Part shown: piece by piece, positions 1-8,782 of the stretch
Numbering within the stretch: position 1 is the stretch's first letter
How the letters are laid out: the number at the start of each line of letters is the position of its first letter
From: Calditrichia bacterium
GTDB lineage: Bacteria; Calditrichota; Calditrichia; Calditrichales; J004
Assembly (NCBI GenBank): GCA_026991535.1
Contig: JALXBH010000189.1
Span: forward strand, 1 to 51,213
Reading direction: 5' to 3'
Length of the DNA stretch: 51,213 nt
Program-made: the position numbers and the translations under genes
The notes under the pieces: generated by a model
What the model saw: only the letters and a program-made list of their open reading frames with translations
The model's database searches: none
Told to the model about the DNA's origin: nothing

Positions 1-1132
1 GGCCGTCACCGGTATAGGCTTTTCCTTTAAAATCTGCCGGCGGTTGTACGGTCCGGATAACAGGCAGATCATATTTTTCGGCAAATTCGTAATCGCGTTC
101 GTCCTGGGCAGGTACGGCCATAATGGCCCCGGTTCCGTAACTGCTTAAAACATAGTCGGCAATCCAGACGGGAATTTTCTTATTGTTAACAGGATTAACG
201 GCATAGCGTCCGGTAAAAACGCCGCTTTTTTGTTTGGCCAGATCGGTTCTCTCCAGATCGCTTTTGCGGGAACTTTCCCTGATATAGGCTTCAACCGAGG
301 CTCTTTCTTCGTCCGTTGTGATTTCATGTACCAGGGGATGTTCCGGCGCCAGCACCATATAAGTTGCTCCGAATAGAGTATCGGGGCGGGTAGTAAAAAC
401 ACGGATAATCTCATCAAGGCCATCCAGCTTAAACTCAACCTCGGCGCCTTCGGACTTGCCTATCCAGTTACGCTGCATCTCCTTGGTGCTTTCCGGCCAG
501 TCCAGATCGTCAAGGTCATTAAGCAGGCGATCGGCATATTCGGTGATCTTAAGCATCCATTGGCGCATGGGTCTTCTATACACGGGATGTCCCCCGCGCT
601 CGCTCTTGCCATCTATAATCTCTTCGTTGGCCAATACCGTTCCCAGGGCCGGGCACCAGTTTACCGGCACGTCGGCCAGGTAGGCTAAGCCCTTTTTATA
701 AAGCTGAATAAATATCCACTGAGTCCATTTATAGTACTCGGGGTCTGTGGTGTTTACTTCCCTATCCCAATCATAGGAGAAACCGATGGCCTGTAATTGC
801 CGGCGAAAACGGTTGATGTTTTTTTCCGTGGTTATCCTGGGATGCGTTCCCGTTTCGATGGCATATTGTTCCGCGGGCAGGCCAAAGGCGTCCCAGCCCA
901 TGGGGTGCAGAACGTTGAACCCCTTAAAGCGTTTGTAACGGGCGATGATATCCGTGGCGGTATAGCCTTCGGGGTGCCCTACATGCAATCCGGCCCCGCT
1001 GGGATAGGGAAACATGTCGAGGACATAATATTTTTTCTTCGAACGGTCAATGGTATCGGGGGTTTTAAAGGTTTTGTTCTCCGCCCACCGTTTTTGCCAT
1101 TTTTTTTCAATTTCGGAAAAGGGATATGCCAT
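1..1132 (-). CDS. leuS: Leucine--tRNA ligase, N-terminal part (continues off the window start)
   Basis: Read by hand from ATG at 1132: [16 protein letters not shown]...; HIGH-type motif [14 protein letters not shown] and [12 protein letters not shown]. Absent from the ORF track because there is no stop in the window. Confidence 0.97.
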   Translation of the reverse strand, partial: MAYPFSEIEKKWQKRWAENKTFKTPDTIDRSKKKYYVLDMFPYPSGAGLHVGHPEGYTATDIIARYKRFKGFNVLHPMGWDAFGLPAEQYAIETGTHPRITTEKNINRFRRQLQAIGFSYDWDREVNTTDPEYYKWTQWIFIQLYKKGLAYLADVPVNWCPALGTVLANEEIIDGKSERGGHPVYRRPMRQWMLKITEYADRLLNDLDDLDWPESTKEMQRNWIGKSEGAEVEFKLDGLDEIIRVFTTRPDTLFGATYMVLAPEHPLVHEITTDEERASVEAYIRESSRKSDLERTDLAKQKSGVFTGRYAVNPVNNKKIPVWIADYVLSSYGTGAIMAVPAQDERDYEFAEKYDLPVIRTVQPPADFKGKAYTGDG

Positions 1133-1207
1133 GAGATGTCCTTTATTGCTTGAATTTTCCATAAAAGGGGAAGTTAAAAAGATTGCCGAAATATAGCAAC
1201 GCGCCCG

Positions 1208-2668
1208 CTAAGATATGAGTGAAATAAGCAGTCCGCAAAAAAGGCTTGCCAGGGAGATGGAAAGGAAATTAACCCAATCGTTATTCATCCAGCGCCAGCC
1301 GGAAACAAGTGCCAGGCTGCCCTGTTCATCCTTTTCGGTAAGCAGGCCGTTTTTATTGCGGAACTGAGCCTGCAGGCTTGCACCGATGATGCTGTCGGCC
1401 AGTGATGAGAAGAAACCGCTGATGAGGGCCGCTAAATAGAAAAGGGACAAATTTTGCAATGGCAGCAACAAATAGCCGGCAGCCACCACCGCCAGGCTGC
1501 CCAAAAATGAGGCCAGGAAGCCGATAAGGGAAACGGCTCCGGAACGGCCCTTCTCTACTTTCTCCATGGTACTGATCAACCTTGGCCTTCCCGGACTTAA
1601 TACGCCAAGCTCGGTGCCCCAGGTATCGGCATTGGCCGCGGCCAGGGCCGCCAGATAGATAAAATAAAGGTTGGGCTGTGGATAGAGATAGTATATAAAG
1701 GCCACAAGCAGGGCAACTCCCCCATTGGCAAAAACCTGATGACCGTCACGTCGGGACGTTTTTGAAAATTGCTCCTTAAACCGCTTTTTGTAACCGGACT
1801 TAAAGAAACTTAGCAGACTGGAGCTGATAAAGAAAACAACTATGGGGAGAGCCCAGGTCCAGCCACCCACGCCATATATTACAATAGCCATAAGATATGT
1901 AGCCACGCCGCCTTCAGGACTTAGCAGTTTTAAGGCCACCACGGTCAAAACAAAAAGAGCTCCGATGGCGGTTGCCCAAACATAGTTCATCGCTGCCGCT
2001 TCCGTGCCATGGCTTAGGGCATTCAGGATAAACGCCGTTGCCAGAACCACGCTAAAATTGTCGGAACCGCGCGCGGAAATGAGTTCGGCCAAAGCTATAA
2101 AAATACCGGCAACCGGAGCCAAAAGCCAAAGCGGCAGGGCCGAAGATGTTTCTCCGTTTATATAGTAGACCAGAAAAACAATTAGGGTGGAAGAGGCAAA
2201 CATGGCCAAAGCACCCTGCAGGCTTTTCACGTCATGCCATACCTTTAGCCGCAGTGGTGTTTTAACGGACTGACCGACCACCGCCGCCAGAGCATCGGCC
2301 ACGGCCAATACCCATACGGAGATGTAAAAAATATTTTTATCATCATACCAGAAAACCCAGGCGCTGATAGCGATGGTAAGCGGGTAAAACACCGTACCGT
2401 AGGAAATCCGTTTGGTGGACAGGGCCGGCAACAGATTAAACTTCAGAACAACAAAGTTTATCAATGTAAAGATAAGGCTGAGAAAGATAATGACATTGGG
2501 AGCATCCAGATTAACGGAATAGATCCAAACAAGTACGCCAACGGCAACATGCACAAACTTTCGGGAAAATTCATCGGAAAGACTAAGGTATTTCTTTAAG
2601 CCCTCGGCCAGGGCCAGAACCACGCCGAGCGTAAGAAAAAACAAACCCAGGGTTTGCCATTCCGCCAT
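1208..2668 (-). CDS. Fusion of a phytol/dolichol-kinase-like domain (CTP_transf) and a DUF92 domain; polytopic membrane protein
   Basis: N-half has SRKFVH, ADALAAVVG, KSLQG, DNF (polyprenol kinase motifs). C-half has RDGHQVFANG, ADTWGTELG, SGAVS, DSIIGASLQ, NNDWVN (DUF92/TMEM19). Start moved to ATG 2668 because the track start lies inside the tRNA. Confidence 0.85.
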   Translation of the reverse strand: MAEWQTLGLFFLTLGVVLALAEGLKKYLSLSDEFSRKFVHVAVGVLVWIYSVNLDAPNVIIFLSLIFTLINFVVLKFNLLPALSTKRISYGTVFYPLTIAISAWVFWYDDKNIFYISVWVLAVADALAAVVGQSVKTPLRLKVWHDVKSLQGALAMFASSTLIVFLVYYINGETSSALPLWLLAPVAGIFIALAELISARGSDNFSVVLATAFILNALSHGTEAAAMNYVWATAIGALFVLTVVALKLLSPEGGVATYLMAIVIYGVGGWTWALPIVVFFISSSLLSFFKSGYKKRFKEQFSKTSRRDGHQVFANGGVALLVAFIYYLYPQPNLYFIYLAALAAANADTWGTELGVLSPGRPRLISTMEKVEKGRSGAVSLIGFLASFLGSLAVVAAGYLLLPLQNLSLFYLAALISGFFSSLADSIIGASLQAQFRNKNGLLTEKDEQGSLALVSGWRWMNNDWVNFLSISLASLFCGLLISLIS

Positions 2669-2725
2669 GTTTTGTGGGAATAGGTAGTTAGTCAAGGCAA
2701 GATAAATCTTTGAAATGAAAAAATG

Positions 2726-2799
2726 TCGGGGTGAGAGGATTTGAACCTCCGACCTCACCGTCCCGAACGGTGCGCGCTACCAGGCTACGCCACACCCCG
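2726..2799 (-). tRNA. tRNA-Pro (anticodon CGG), CCA not encoded
   Basis: Reverse complement CGGGGTGTGGCGTAGCCTGGTAGCGCG-CACCG TTCGGGA CGGTG-AGGTCGGAGGTTCAAATCCTCTCACCCCGA folds as a cloverleaf. Confidence 0.97.
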
Positions 2800-2838
2800 A
2801 ATTAAAGAATGTCAATTTAAGCAGTCATCTTATATAAA

Positions 2839-3723
2839 TCAACCGGAAGAAGAGTCATCCGCTGAAAATTTAATGGAGATGACAAAACCAAGCGTAAGAC
2901 TGATGAAGGCCAGCAGGCCGTTAAGCGATATTTCCACGCCGGGATAAATTTGATACAATGAACCGATTATAAGCCCCAAAATGGCGTACATGGTTTGTGC
3001 CGGAAACTTCTTAAGCAGAAAATCCATTATCCGGGAAAAGCCCAGAATACCGGCAACCACACCCACAAACAAGGCCCCTAAAATTATAAGACGCGGCAAG
3101 GTCTGGTCGTTGAGGCCCTGCTCCATAATAAGAGGTAACAGGCCGCTTAATGCGCCAAGCACCGTCCAGTACACCCCCAGCAATATCAGGATAAAAGACC
3201 CGCTTACGCCCGGTATAATCATGGCCGAGGCGGCTATAAGTCCGGCAAAGGCAAAATAGAAATAATCCGCGAGGCCAAAACCGCTAAAGTCCGTAATCAA
3301 AGCACCATCATTACCATGGCTTTGGTAAAGTGCCAGAATAATCACAAATATCAATCCCGTTAAAAAGGCTGCCATCCGGGTAAATGTGGGTTTCATATCC
3401 TTATGAACTTTTAATACCACGGGAATACTGCCAAGGATCAGGCCCATGAAAAAGTATACTGTAATCAGGGGATAATTATTAAAGGCCCATTTTAACAAGC
3501 CCGCCAGAGCAACGATGGCTATCAGAGACCCGGCAAACAATATGGCCAAAAAGGTGATGTGTTCCCCGCGTCTTTCCCTGTCGGTTAAAAAATTGCCGAG
3601 AGCGTCCATAAGTTTTTCGTAAATACCGAATACCACGGCAAGGGTTCCGCCGCTAACGCCGGGGATAATATTGGCAACGCCCATGGCCATGCCCACAAAA
3701 AAGACTCTTAGATAATATCGCAT
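2839..3723 (-). CDS. DUF368 family membrane protein (undecaprenyl-phosphate translocase family)
   Basis: Two PGVSG repeats (ANIIPGVSGGT, AMIIPGVSGS) and many TM helices; probable start MRYYL at 3723. Confidence 0.9.
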   Translation of the reverse strand: MRYYLRVFFVGMAMGVANIIPGVSGGTLAVVFGIYEKLMDALGNFLTDRERRGEHITFLAILFAGSLIAIVALAGLLKWAFNNYPLITVYFFMGLILGSIPVVLKVHKDMKPTFTRMAAFLTGLIFVIILALYQSHGNDGALITDFSGFGLADYFYFAFAGLIAASAMIIPGVSGSFILILLGVYWTVLGALSGLLPLIMEQGLNDQTLPRLIILGALFVGVVAGILGFSRIMDFLLKKFPAQTMYAILGLIIGSLYQIYPGVEISLNGLLAFISLTLGFVISIKFSADDSSSG

Positions 3724-3742
3724 TATTTCCGTTTTCCTGTTT

Positions 3743-4381
3743 TTAAGGTTTTTTCCAGCCATCCCTGCCTATCAAGGGAACAAAGGAGAGCGGTTCAATT
3801 TCAAATTTGCGTAATTCCCGGCCTTCCCGGATAAAAAGGGTCAACATCTGCCCTTCCCCGTCTCCGATGGGTACCACGCATCTGCCGCCTTCCTTAAGCT
3901 GATCCAGCAGGGAGGCCGGAGAAACCGGGGCGCCGGCTGTAACGATAATTCCGTCGTAAGGTGCGTAAGCCGGCCAACCCAAGCTGCCGTCTCCCACGCG
4001 GGAAAGAAAATGAAAACCCAAGTCCTTGAGTTTGCCCTCCGCGCGCCGGGCCAGGGGTTCTATACGTTCCACGGTAAAAACCCGTGCGCCCATCTCGCAT
4101 AAAATCGCCGCCTGGTATCCCGATCCGGTGCCTATTTCCAGGATGCGCTTATGATCTTCAATCTGCAGGGTCTGCGTCATCAGGGCCACGGTATAGGGAT
4201 GGGAAATCGTTTGATCGAAGCCGATGGGCAGGGCTTTTTCGTCATAAGCCTGGAACTCCATCCCCGGTTGAACAAATAAATGGCGGGGAACGGCGGCCAT
4301 CGCCCGTAAGACCTGTCGGTCGCTGATGCCTTTTGCGATAAGGCGCTCGATCATTTGTTTTTGTTTACGCGCGTAGATCAT
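3743..4381 (-). CDS. pcm: Protein-L-isoaspartate(D-aspartate) O-methyltransferase
   Basis: VPRHLF, QTISHP, LEIGTGSGYQAA, APYDGIIVTAGA, FVPL motifs. Confidence 0.96.
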   Translation of the reverse strand: MIYARKQKQMIERLIAKGISDRQVLRAMAAVPRHLFVQPGMEFQAYDEKALPIGFDQTISHPYTVALMTQTLQIEDHKRILEIGTGSGYQAAILCEMGARVFTVERIEPLARRAEGKLKDLGFHFLSRVGDGSLGWPAYAPYDGIIVTAGAPVSPASLLDQLKEGGRCVVPIGDGEGQMLTLFIREGRELRKFEIEPLSFVPLIGRDGWKKP

Positions 4382-5067
4382 CGTTTAAAGACTTCCCGTC
4401 CTAAAAGTTGCAAAAATTTAACGGTGTCATGCACATGGCGCATTGAAGAACCGTATTGATTGTAAACTGTTGGTATCGGGCAAAAATCTATTTTAACATT
4501 AAGGTCTCTGCAACGGAAAAAGAATTCACTCTCCAGTTGAAAGCCGTTTTCTCTTAGCGCCATCTTCTTTAACACCTCCCGGTGAATCAGACGGAAGCCG
4601 CATTGACTGTCCGGGATGGGGCGGCCGGTCAGTCCGCTAAGAATTTGCGAGGTCAGGGTATTGGAAAGCACCCGCATAAGAGGCATTGCCGGCGGCGTAA
4701 AGTTGCGTTGACCGATAACGACGCGGCTGTTAAGGCGTCGGGCGGTCTGTAGAAAGTCGGGAATATTTTGGGGAGGATGTTGCAAATCCGCATCAAGAGT
4801 AAGCAGATAGTCGCCGCGACAGGCCGAAAGAAAATGAGCATAGCCGGCTTTTAACGCCGCGCCTTTTCCACGGTTTTCCGGGAGCGAAATGAGTTCAACG
4901 GCATGGGAGCGGGCAATATTACACGTATCATCCGTGGAGCCGTCATCGACAACGATCAGCTTTTCCGGAGAAAACTCCGCGGTATGCTGTTGTATGGATT
5001 CCAGAAGTTCGGCAAGGCTGTTTTCAGCATTGTATGCCGGTATGAGAATAGTGTATGTTAATTCCAT
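4378..5067 (-). CDS. Glycosyltransferase family 2 (polyprenol-phosphate glycosyltransferase / DPM1-like)
   Basis: IPAYN, VDDGSTD, NRGKG, DADLQH, DSQCGFR motifs. Confidence 0.9.
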   Translation of the reverse strand: MELTYTILIPAYNAENSLAELLESIQQHTAEFSPEKLIVVDDGSTDDTCNIARSHAVELISLPENRGKGAALKAGYAHFLSACRGDYLLTLDADLQHPPQNIPDFLQTARRLNSRVVIGQRNFTPPAMPLMRVLSNTLTSQILSGLTGRPIPDSQCGFRLIHREVLKKMALRENGFQLESEFFFRCRDLNVKIDFCPIPTVYNQYGSSMRHVHDTVKFLQLLGREVFKR

Positions 5068-5074
5068 GTGTCAT

Positions 5075-5099
5075 AAAAAAAGGGGCTTAGAAAAGCCCC
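5075..5099 (-). terminator. Intrinsic terminator after tRNA-Pro(GGG)
   Basis: GGGGCTT-TTCT-AAGCCCC followed by T7 on the minus strand. Confidence 0.75.
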
Positions 5100-5108
5100 A
5101 TTGTTTTG

Positions 5109-5182
<74 letters not shown>

Positions 5183-5221
5183 AGACTTTGAAATTAAGAA
5201 GTAATATTTAAAAAATCAAAC

Positions 5222-5596
5222 TTACTCTTCATCATTTTCCAGTATATTTTTTATTTCCTTCAGACGGGCCAGTATTTCCTGTAGCAGGTCCGAAGGTAAT
5301 TCGCCAGCGGTACCGGTAATAACTTCCCCGCTTGCAGTGACATCTTCAGCCGCCATTCCTTTCCCCCGGGAGGCCAGATACTTATTGACCCCTTTTATTG
5401 TAAGTCCCTCGTCATGAAGCAGAACTTTAAGTTTTTGTATAAGGGCGATATCTTCCGTTGTATAGCGCCTGCTGCCTCCCGCCGTCTTAACAGGTTTCAG
5501 AGCGTCGATTACCGTTTCCCAATAGCGAAGAGTCGATTGCGTCACATCCACCATCTCGGCAACATGGCCGATGGAATAGGTGAGTTCGTTGCGCAT
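5222..5596 (-). CDS. MerR-family HTH transcriptional regulator
   Basis: YSIGHVAE...STLRYWE...GSRRY...GLTIKG; located next to tRNA-Pro(GGG), a common synteny. Confidence 0.92.
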   Translation of the reverse strand: MRNELTYSIGHVAEMVDVTQSTLRYWETVIDALKPVKTAGGSRRYTTEDIALIQKLKVLLHDEGLTIKGVNKYLASRGKGMAAEDVTASGEVITGTAGELPSDLLQEILARLKEIKNILENDEE

Positions 5597-5666
5597 ATGC
5601 TTCCTTTGATTTGCGTAATGCTTCAGCTAATATAAAGCTTTACTTTAATTATAGCAAAGACCGGGG

Positions 5667-6569
5667 TTAATACATTTTTCTCCGGGAAAGCATATAGTGT
5701 ACCAGAGCTTTTTCTACCGGCTCGCTGGTTTTAAGGGAAACATAGCTTACATCCATTTCCCTTAATTTTCCTCCGAGAAAATCAAAGTGCTCCCTTACCG
5801 CGGCCTCATACTCCCGGCGAATATACTTGGTATCGGTTTTTATTTTTAAAGCTGTCTGCTCCATATCCTTAAACAGGTACTGCCCTTTCATATCCATGGT
5901 TATTTCCAGAGGATCGTTAATGTTAAGGACGATGATCTCATGTTGATTGTGCTTAAGGTGGCGTATACCCTGAAGAATTGTTTGAGGATCATCCAAAAGG
6001 TCGGATATCAGAATGACAAGAGAACGGCGATGGATACGATCGGCAATGTCATGCAGTACGCCTCCAATGTGTGTCTCCGATTGCGCCTCCGTCTTTTGCA
6101 GTTCAGCCGCAAGATGATAAAAATAGTTGCCCAGGGATTTTGCCGGATATCGTTTATGTATGCGGTTGCTGAAAAGAAACATACCCACCGCGTCCCGTTG
6201 TTTAAGCAGAATATAACTCAGCGCGGCCGCAAGAACCCTGGCATAGTCCAGCTTAGAACTGTTTGAACCGCTTTTAAAGGCCATGGAATGTGATATATCC
6301 AACAAAATCTGACAACGGAGATTGGTCTCTTCTTCGTACTGTTTTATAAAATAGCGTTCCTTGCGCGCCAGAATCTTCCAGTCCACATGCCTCAGGTCGT
6401 CACCGCGCATATAGGGACGATGCTCGCTAAACTCAACGCTAAAACCGTGGAAAGGTGATGTATGCAATCCTGTAATAAACCCCTCAACGATCTGCATGGC
6501 CAACAATTCCAAATTATCTATGCGGGAAATGAGCTCCGGTGGCAGCAGACGGGAAACGATATTGTACAT
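5667..6569 (-). CDS. DUF58 family protein (VWA-like, usually MoxR-associated)
   Basis: GLHTSPFHGFSVEFSEHRPY..GDDLRHVDWK, KQYEEETN, LDISHSM, ISDLLD. Confidence 0.92.
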   Translation of the reverse strand: MYNIVSRLLPPELISRIDNLELLAMQIVEGFITGLHTSPFHGFSVEFSEHRPYMRGDDLRHVDWKILARKERYFIKQYEEETNLRCQILLDISHSMAFKSGSNSSKLDYARVLAAALSYILLKQRDAVGMFLFSNRIHKRYPAKSLGNYFYHLAAELQKTEAQSETHIGGVLHDIADRIHRRSLVILISDLLDDPQTILQGIRHLKHNQHEIIVLNINDPLEITMDMKGQYLFKDMEQTALKIKTDTKYIRREYEAAVREHFDFLGGKLREMDVSYVSLKTSEPVEKALVHYMLSRRKMY

Positions 6570-6925
6570 TAATGGCTATCTGATTTTGATGATGCTGTTT
6601 GAAAATCCTTGCAGGAGTGGTGTAAAGATACCATCGATCCGCTTAAACGGCAACGGTATGAAAAAGATTGATCATCATTAAACGGGGCATTGATAAACGT
6701 AAGCCGGTATCTGCAGTTCTGGCAGGTGCTTACGGGGGCAATATTGCCGGCGGCCCTGCTTCCCGTTTGACCGTTGAACCAGGAGCGCATGCGTTTTAAA
6801 TCCTTTAGTACGGAAAAAAAATTCTGTACCAGGCGTTTAAGAAAAAACAATACGATGATTTGAATGGTCAGCAGCACCAAAAGTACCGTTAATATTATGT
6901 CTCGAGTCTCACCCATCTGATTCAA
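6569..6925 (-). CDS. Hypothetical membrane-anchored protein with a C-terminal four-Cys motif
   Basis: N-terminal TM helix; CQNC...YRC...SC; 1-nt overlap with the DUF58 start. The true start may be ATG 6916. Confidence 0.65.
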   Translation of the reverse strand: MNQMGETRDIILTVLLVLLTIQIIVLFFLKRLVQNFFSVLKDLKRMRSWFNGQTGSRAAGNIAPVSTCQNCRYRLTFINAPFNDDQSFSYRCRLSGSMVSLHHSCKDFQTASSKSDSH

Positions 6926-7098
6926 CCAATTATGCCATAATTTTCTGTCTGAATAGCGTTATGCTTTTTTAAAGTCTTTTCACGGTTAAAGTTCCTTTCA
7001 AAAAGTACTCGCCCCGCATGGTGTCCGACTTTATTTTTTTCATAATCTACATGGCGACTGGTCAATTGTTCCGGTATTGTAGGTACTATTTTTCCGGT

Positions 7099-7995
7099 CT
7101 AGCCATGCTCTATGAAATTAGTAAGATGTTTTGCGGCCGTAACGGTGTTCTGCATAAGCATGGCAATGGTCATGGGCCCTACCCCGCCCGGTACGGGCGT
7201 TATGGCCGCGGCTTTTCCTGAAACGGGAATAAAATCCACATCTCCAACAATTTTATAGCCGCGGGGAGTATCCGGCGCTTCAACGCGGTTGATACCTACA
7301 TCGATAACAACCGCATCCTCCCTAACCATATCGGCTGTTACAAAGGCGGCTTTGCCTATGGCGGCGATAAGAATATCCGCCTGAAGGCACAGTGCTTTTA
7401 TATTTTTTGTACGGCTGTGGACCACGGTAACCGTGGCGTTGGCATGGGCCGACTTTTGAACCAGCATATTGGCCATGGGTTTACCTACAATATTGCTGCG
7501 TCCCAATATAACCACATGTTTGCCGGATGTTTCTATTTTGTAATATTTAAGAATCTCCACAATGCCGGCGGGCGTGCAGGGCAACAGATAGGGCTTACCC
7601 AGCATCAATAATCCCACGTTCCGGGGATGAAAGCAGTCCACATCCTTATCGGGTAAGATGGCTTCTATGATTTTTTCAGAATTTATATGTTGCGGCAGGG
7701 GAAGCTGGACTAAAATACCGTGTACTGTATCATCCCTGTTCAGCTTTGAGATGCATGCCAGCAACTCCTTCTCGCTTATAGTCGCTTTGAGTGTGATGGT
7801 TTCCGATTGAATCCCCAGTTTTTCCGAGGTACGCGCCTTGTTACGAACATAAACGGCGGAGGCAGGGTCGTCTCCCACTAAGATAACCACCAGCCGGGGA
7901 GTGATGCCGCTGCTCTTAAGCCGGGTCACCTGAACGGTCACCTTTTCCTTTAGCCGGGCGGATACTTCCTTTCCGTCAAGCAAGAGTGCTTTCAT
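7099..7995 (-). CDS. folD: Bifunctional methylenetetrahydrofolate dehydrogenase/cyclohydrolase
   Basis: YVRNK, GILVQLPLP, KDVD, PCTP, GRSNIVGKP, TPVPGGVGPMT. Confidence 0.98.
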   Translation of the reverse strand: MKALLLDGKEVSARLKEKVTVQVTRLKSSGITPRLVVILVGDDPASAVYVRNKARTSEKLGIQSETITLKATISEKELLACISKLNRDDTVHGILVQLPLPQHINSEKIIEAILPDKDVDCFHPRNVGLLMLGKPYLLPCTPAGIVEILKYYKIETSGKHVVILGRSNIVGKPMANMLVQKSAHANATVTVVHSRTKNIKALCLQADILIAAIGKAAFVTADMVREDAVVIDVGINRVEAPDTPRGYKIVGDVDFIPVSGKAAAITPVPGGVGPMTIAMLMQNTVTAAKHLTNFIEHG

Positions 7996-8782
7996 CGTAG
8001 GTTTCCTGAGTTATATAAAAGGATTTTATTTTTTTACCTTTTCCGGTGCGTTCATCAAAATCGATGATGACGCCGCTAATTTTAGGATTGCGATGGGCCA
8101 GTTTAAAGTATTTCAGTTGTTGGGTGCGGAAGCGCAGGATGGCCGTATCCGGGTCCATGCCGATTACACTGTCCGCCGGGCCGGTCATGCCCACATCGGT
8201 AATGTAGGCGGTACCCTTGGGCAACAGACGGGCATCCGCCGTTTGCACATGGGTATGCGTACCTACCAGGGCGGTAATGCGCCCGTCAAACTCCCAGCCC
8301 ATGGCCAGTTTTTCGGCCGAAGCCTCGGCGTGAAAATCCACAAAAATATTTTTATAGCGCGGACGGTATTCCTTTAATAACAGATCAAGCTTTTGAAAAG
8401 GACAGTCAATAGGCGGCAGATAGCTGCGCCCCTGAAGATTAATAACCACAAGAGCAGTGCCCTCTTTTTCAATAACAATCAATCCGTTTCCCGGATTCCC
8501 CTCCGGATAGTTTATGGGACGCAGGGCGTTAAAATCAGGATGCATCAGCACTTCAACGCTGCGTTTTTGAAAGCTGTGGTTGCCACCGCTGATCACATCG
8601 GCGCCGGCCTTACGTAATTTCTCGGCCTGCTTTTTTGTAATTCCCTTGCCCTGATCGGCGTTTTCACCATTAACAATGCAGAAATCACATTTATAGTCAT
8701 TGATAATTTTTGGGGTAAGGTTTTGCGCCAGATGCATACCCAGATCACCCACAATATCACCAATGAAGAGAATTCTTTTCAT
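7976..8782 (-). CDS. ymdB: YmdB/TIGR00282 metallophosphoesterase
   Basis: GDIVG, NGEN, GNH, DFHAEA, GTHTHVQTAD, TDVGMTG; directly downstream of rny. Confidence 0.93.
   Translation of the reverse strand: MKRILFIGDIVGDLGMHLAQNLTPKIINDYKCDFCIVNGENADQGKGITKKQAEKLRKAGADVISGGNHSFQKRSVEVLMHPDFNALRPINYPEGNPGNGLIVIEKEGTALVVINLQGRSYLPPIDCPFQKLDLLLKEYRPRYKNIFVDFHAEASAEKLAMGWEFDGRITALVGTHTHVQTADARLLPKGTAYITDVGMTGPADSVIGMDPDTAILRFRTQQLKYFKLAHRNPKISGVIIDFDERTGKGKKIKSFYITQETYDESTLA

Noticed and set aside
145-1153. Track ORFs 145-438, 456-683 and 797-1153
   Set aside because: Shadow or alternative frames of leuS, which occupies 1-1132 on the minus strand.
2669-2758. N-terminal extension of the DUF92 fusion given by the ORF track
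   Set aside because: It overlaps tRNA-Pro(CGG); the ATG at 2668 is the plausible start.
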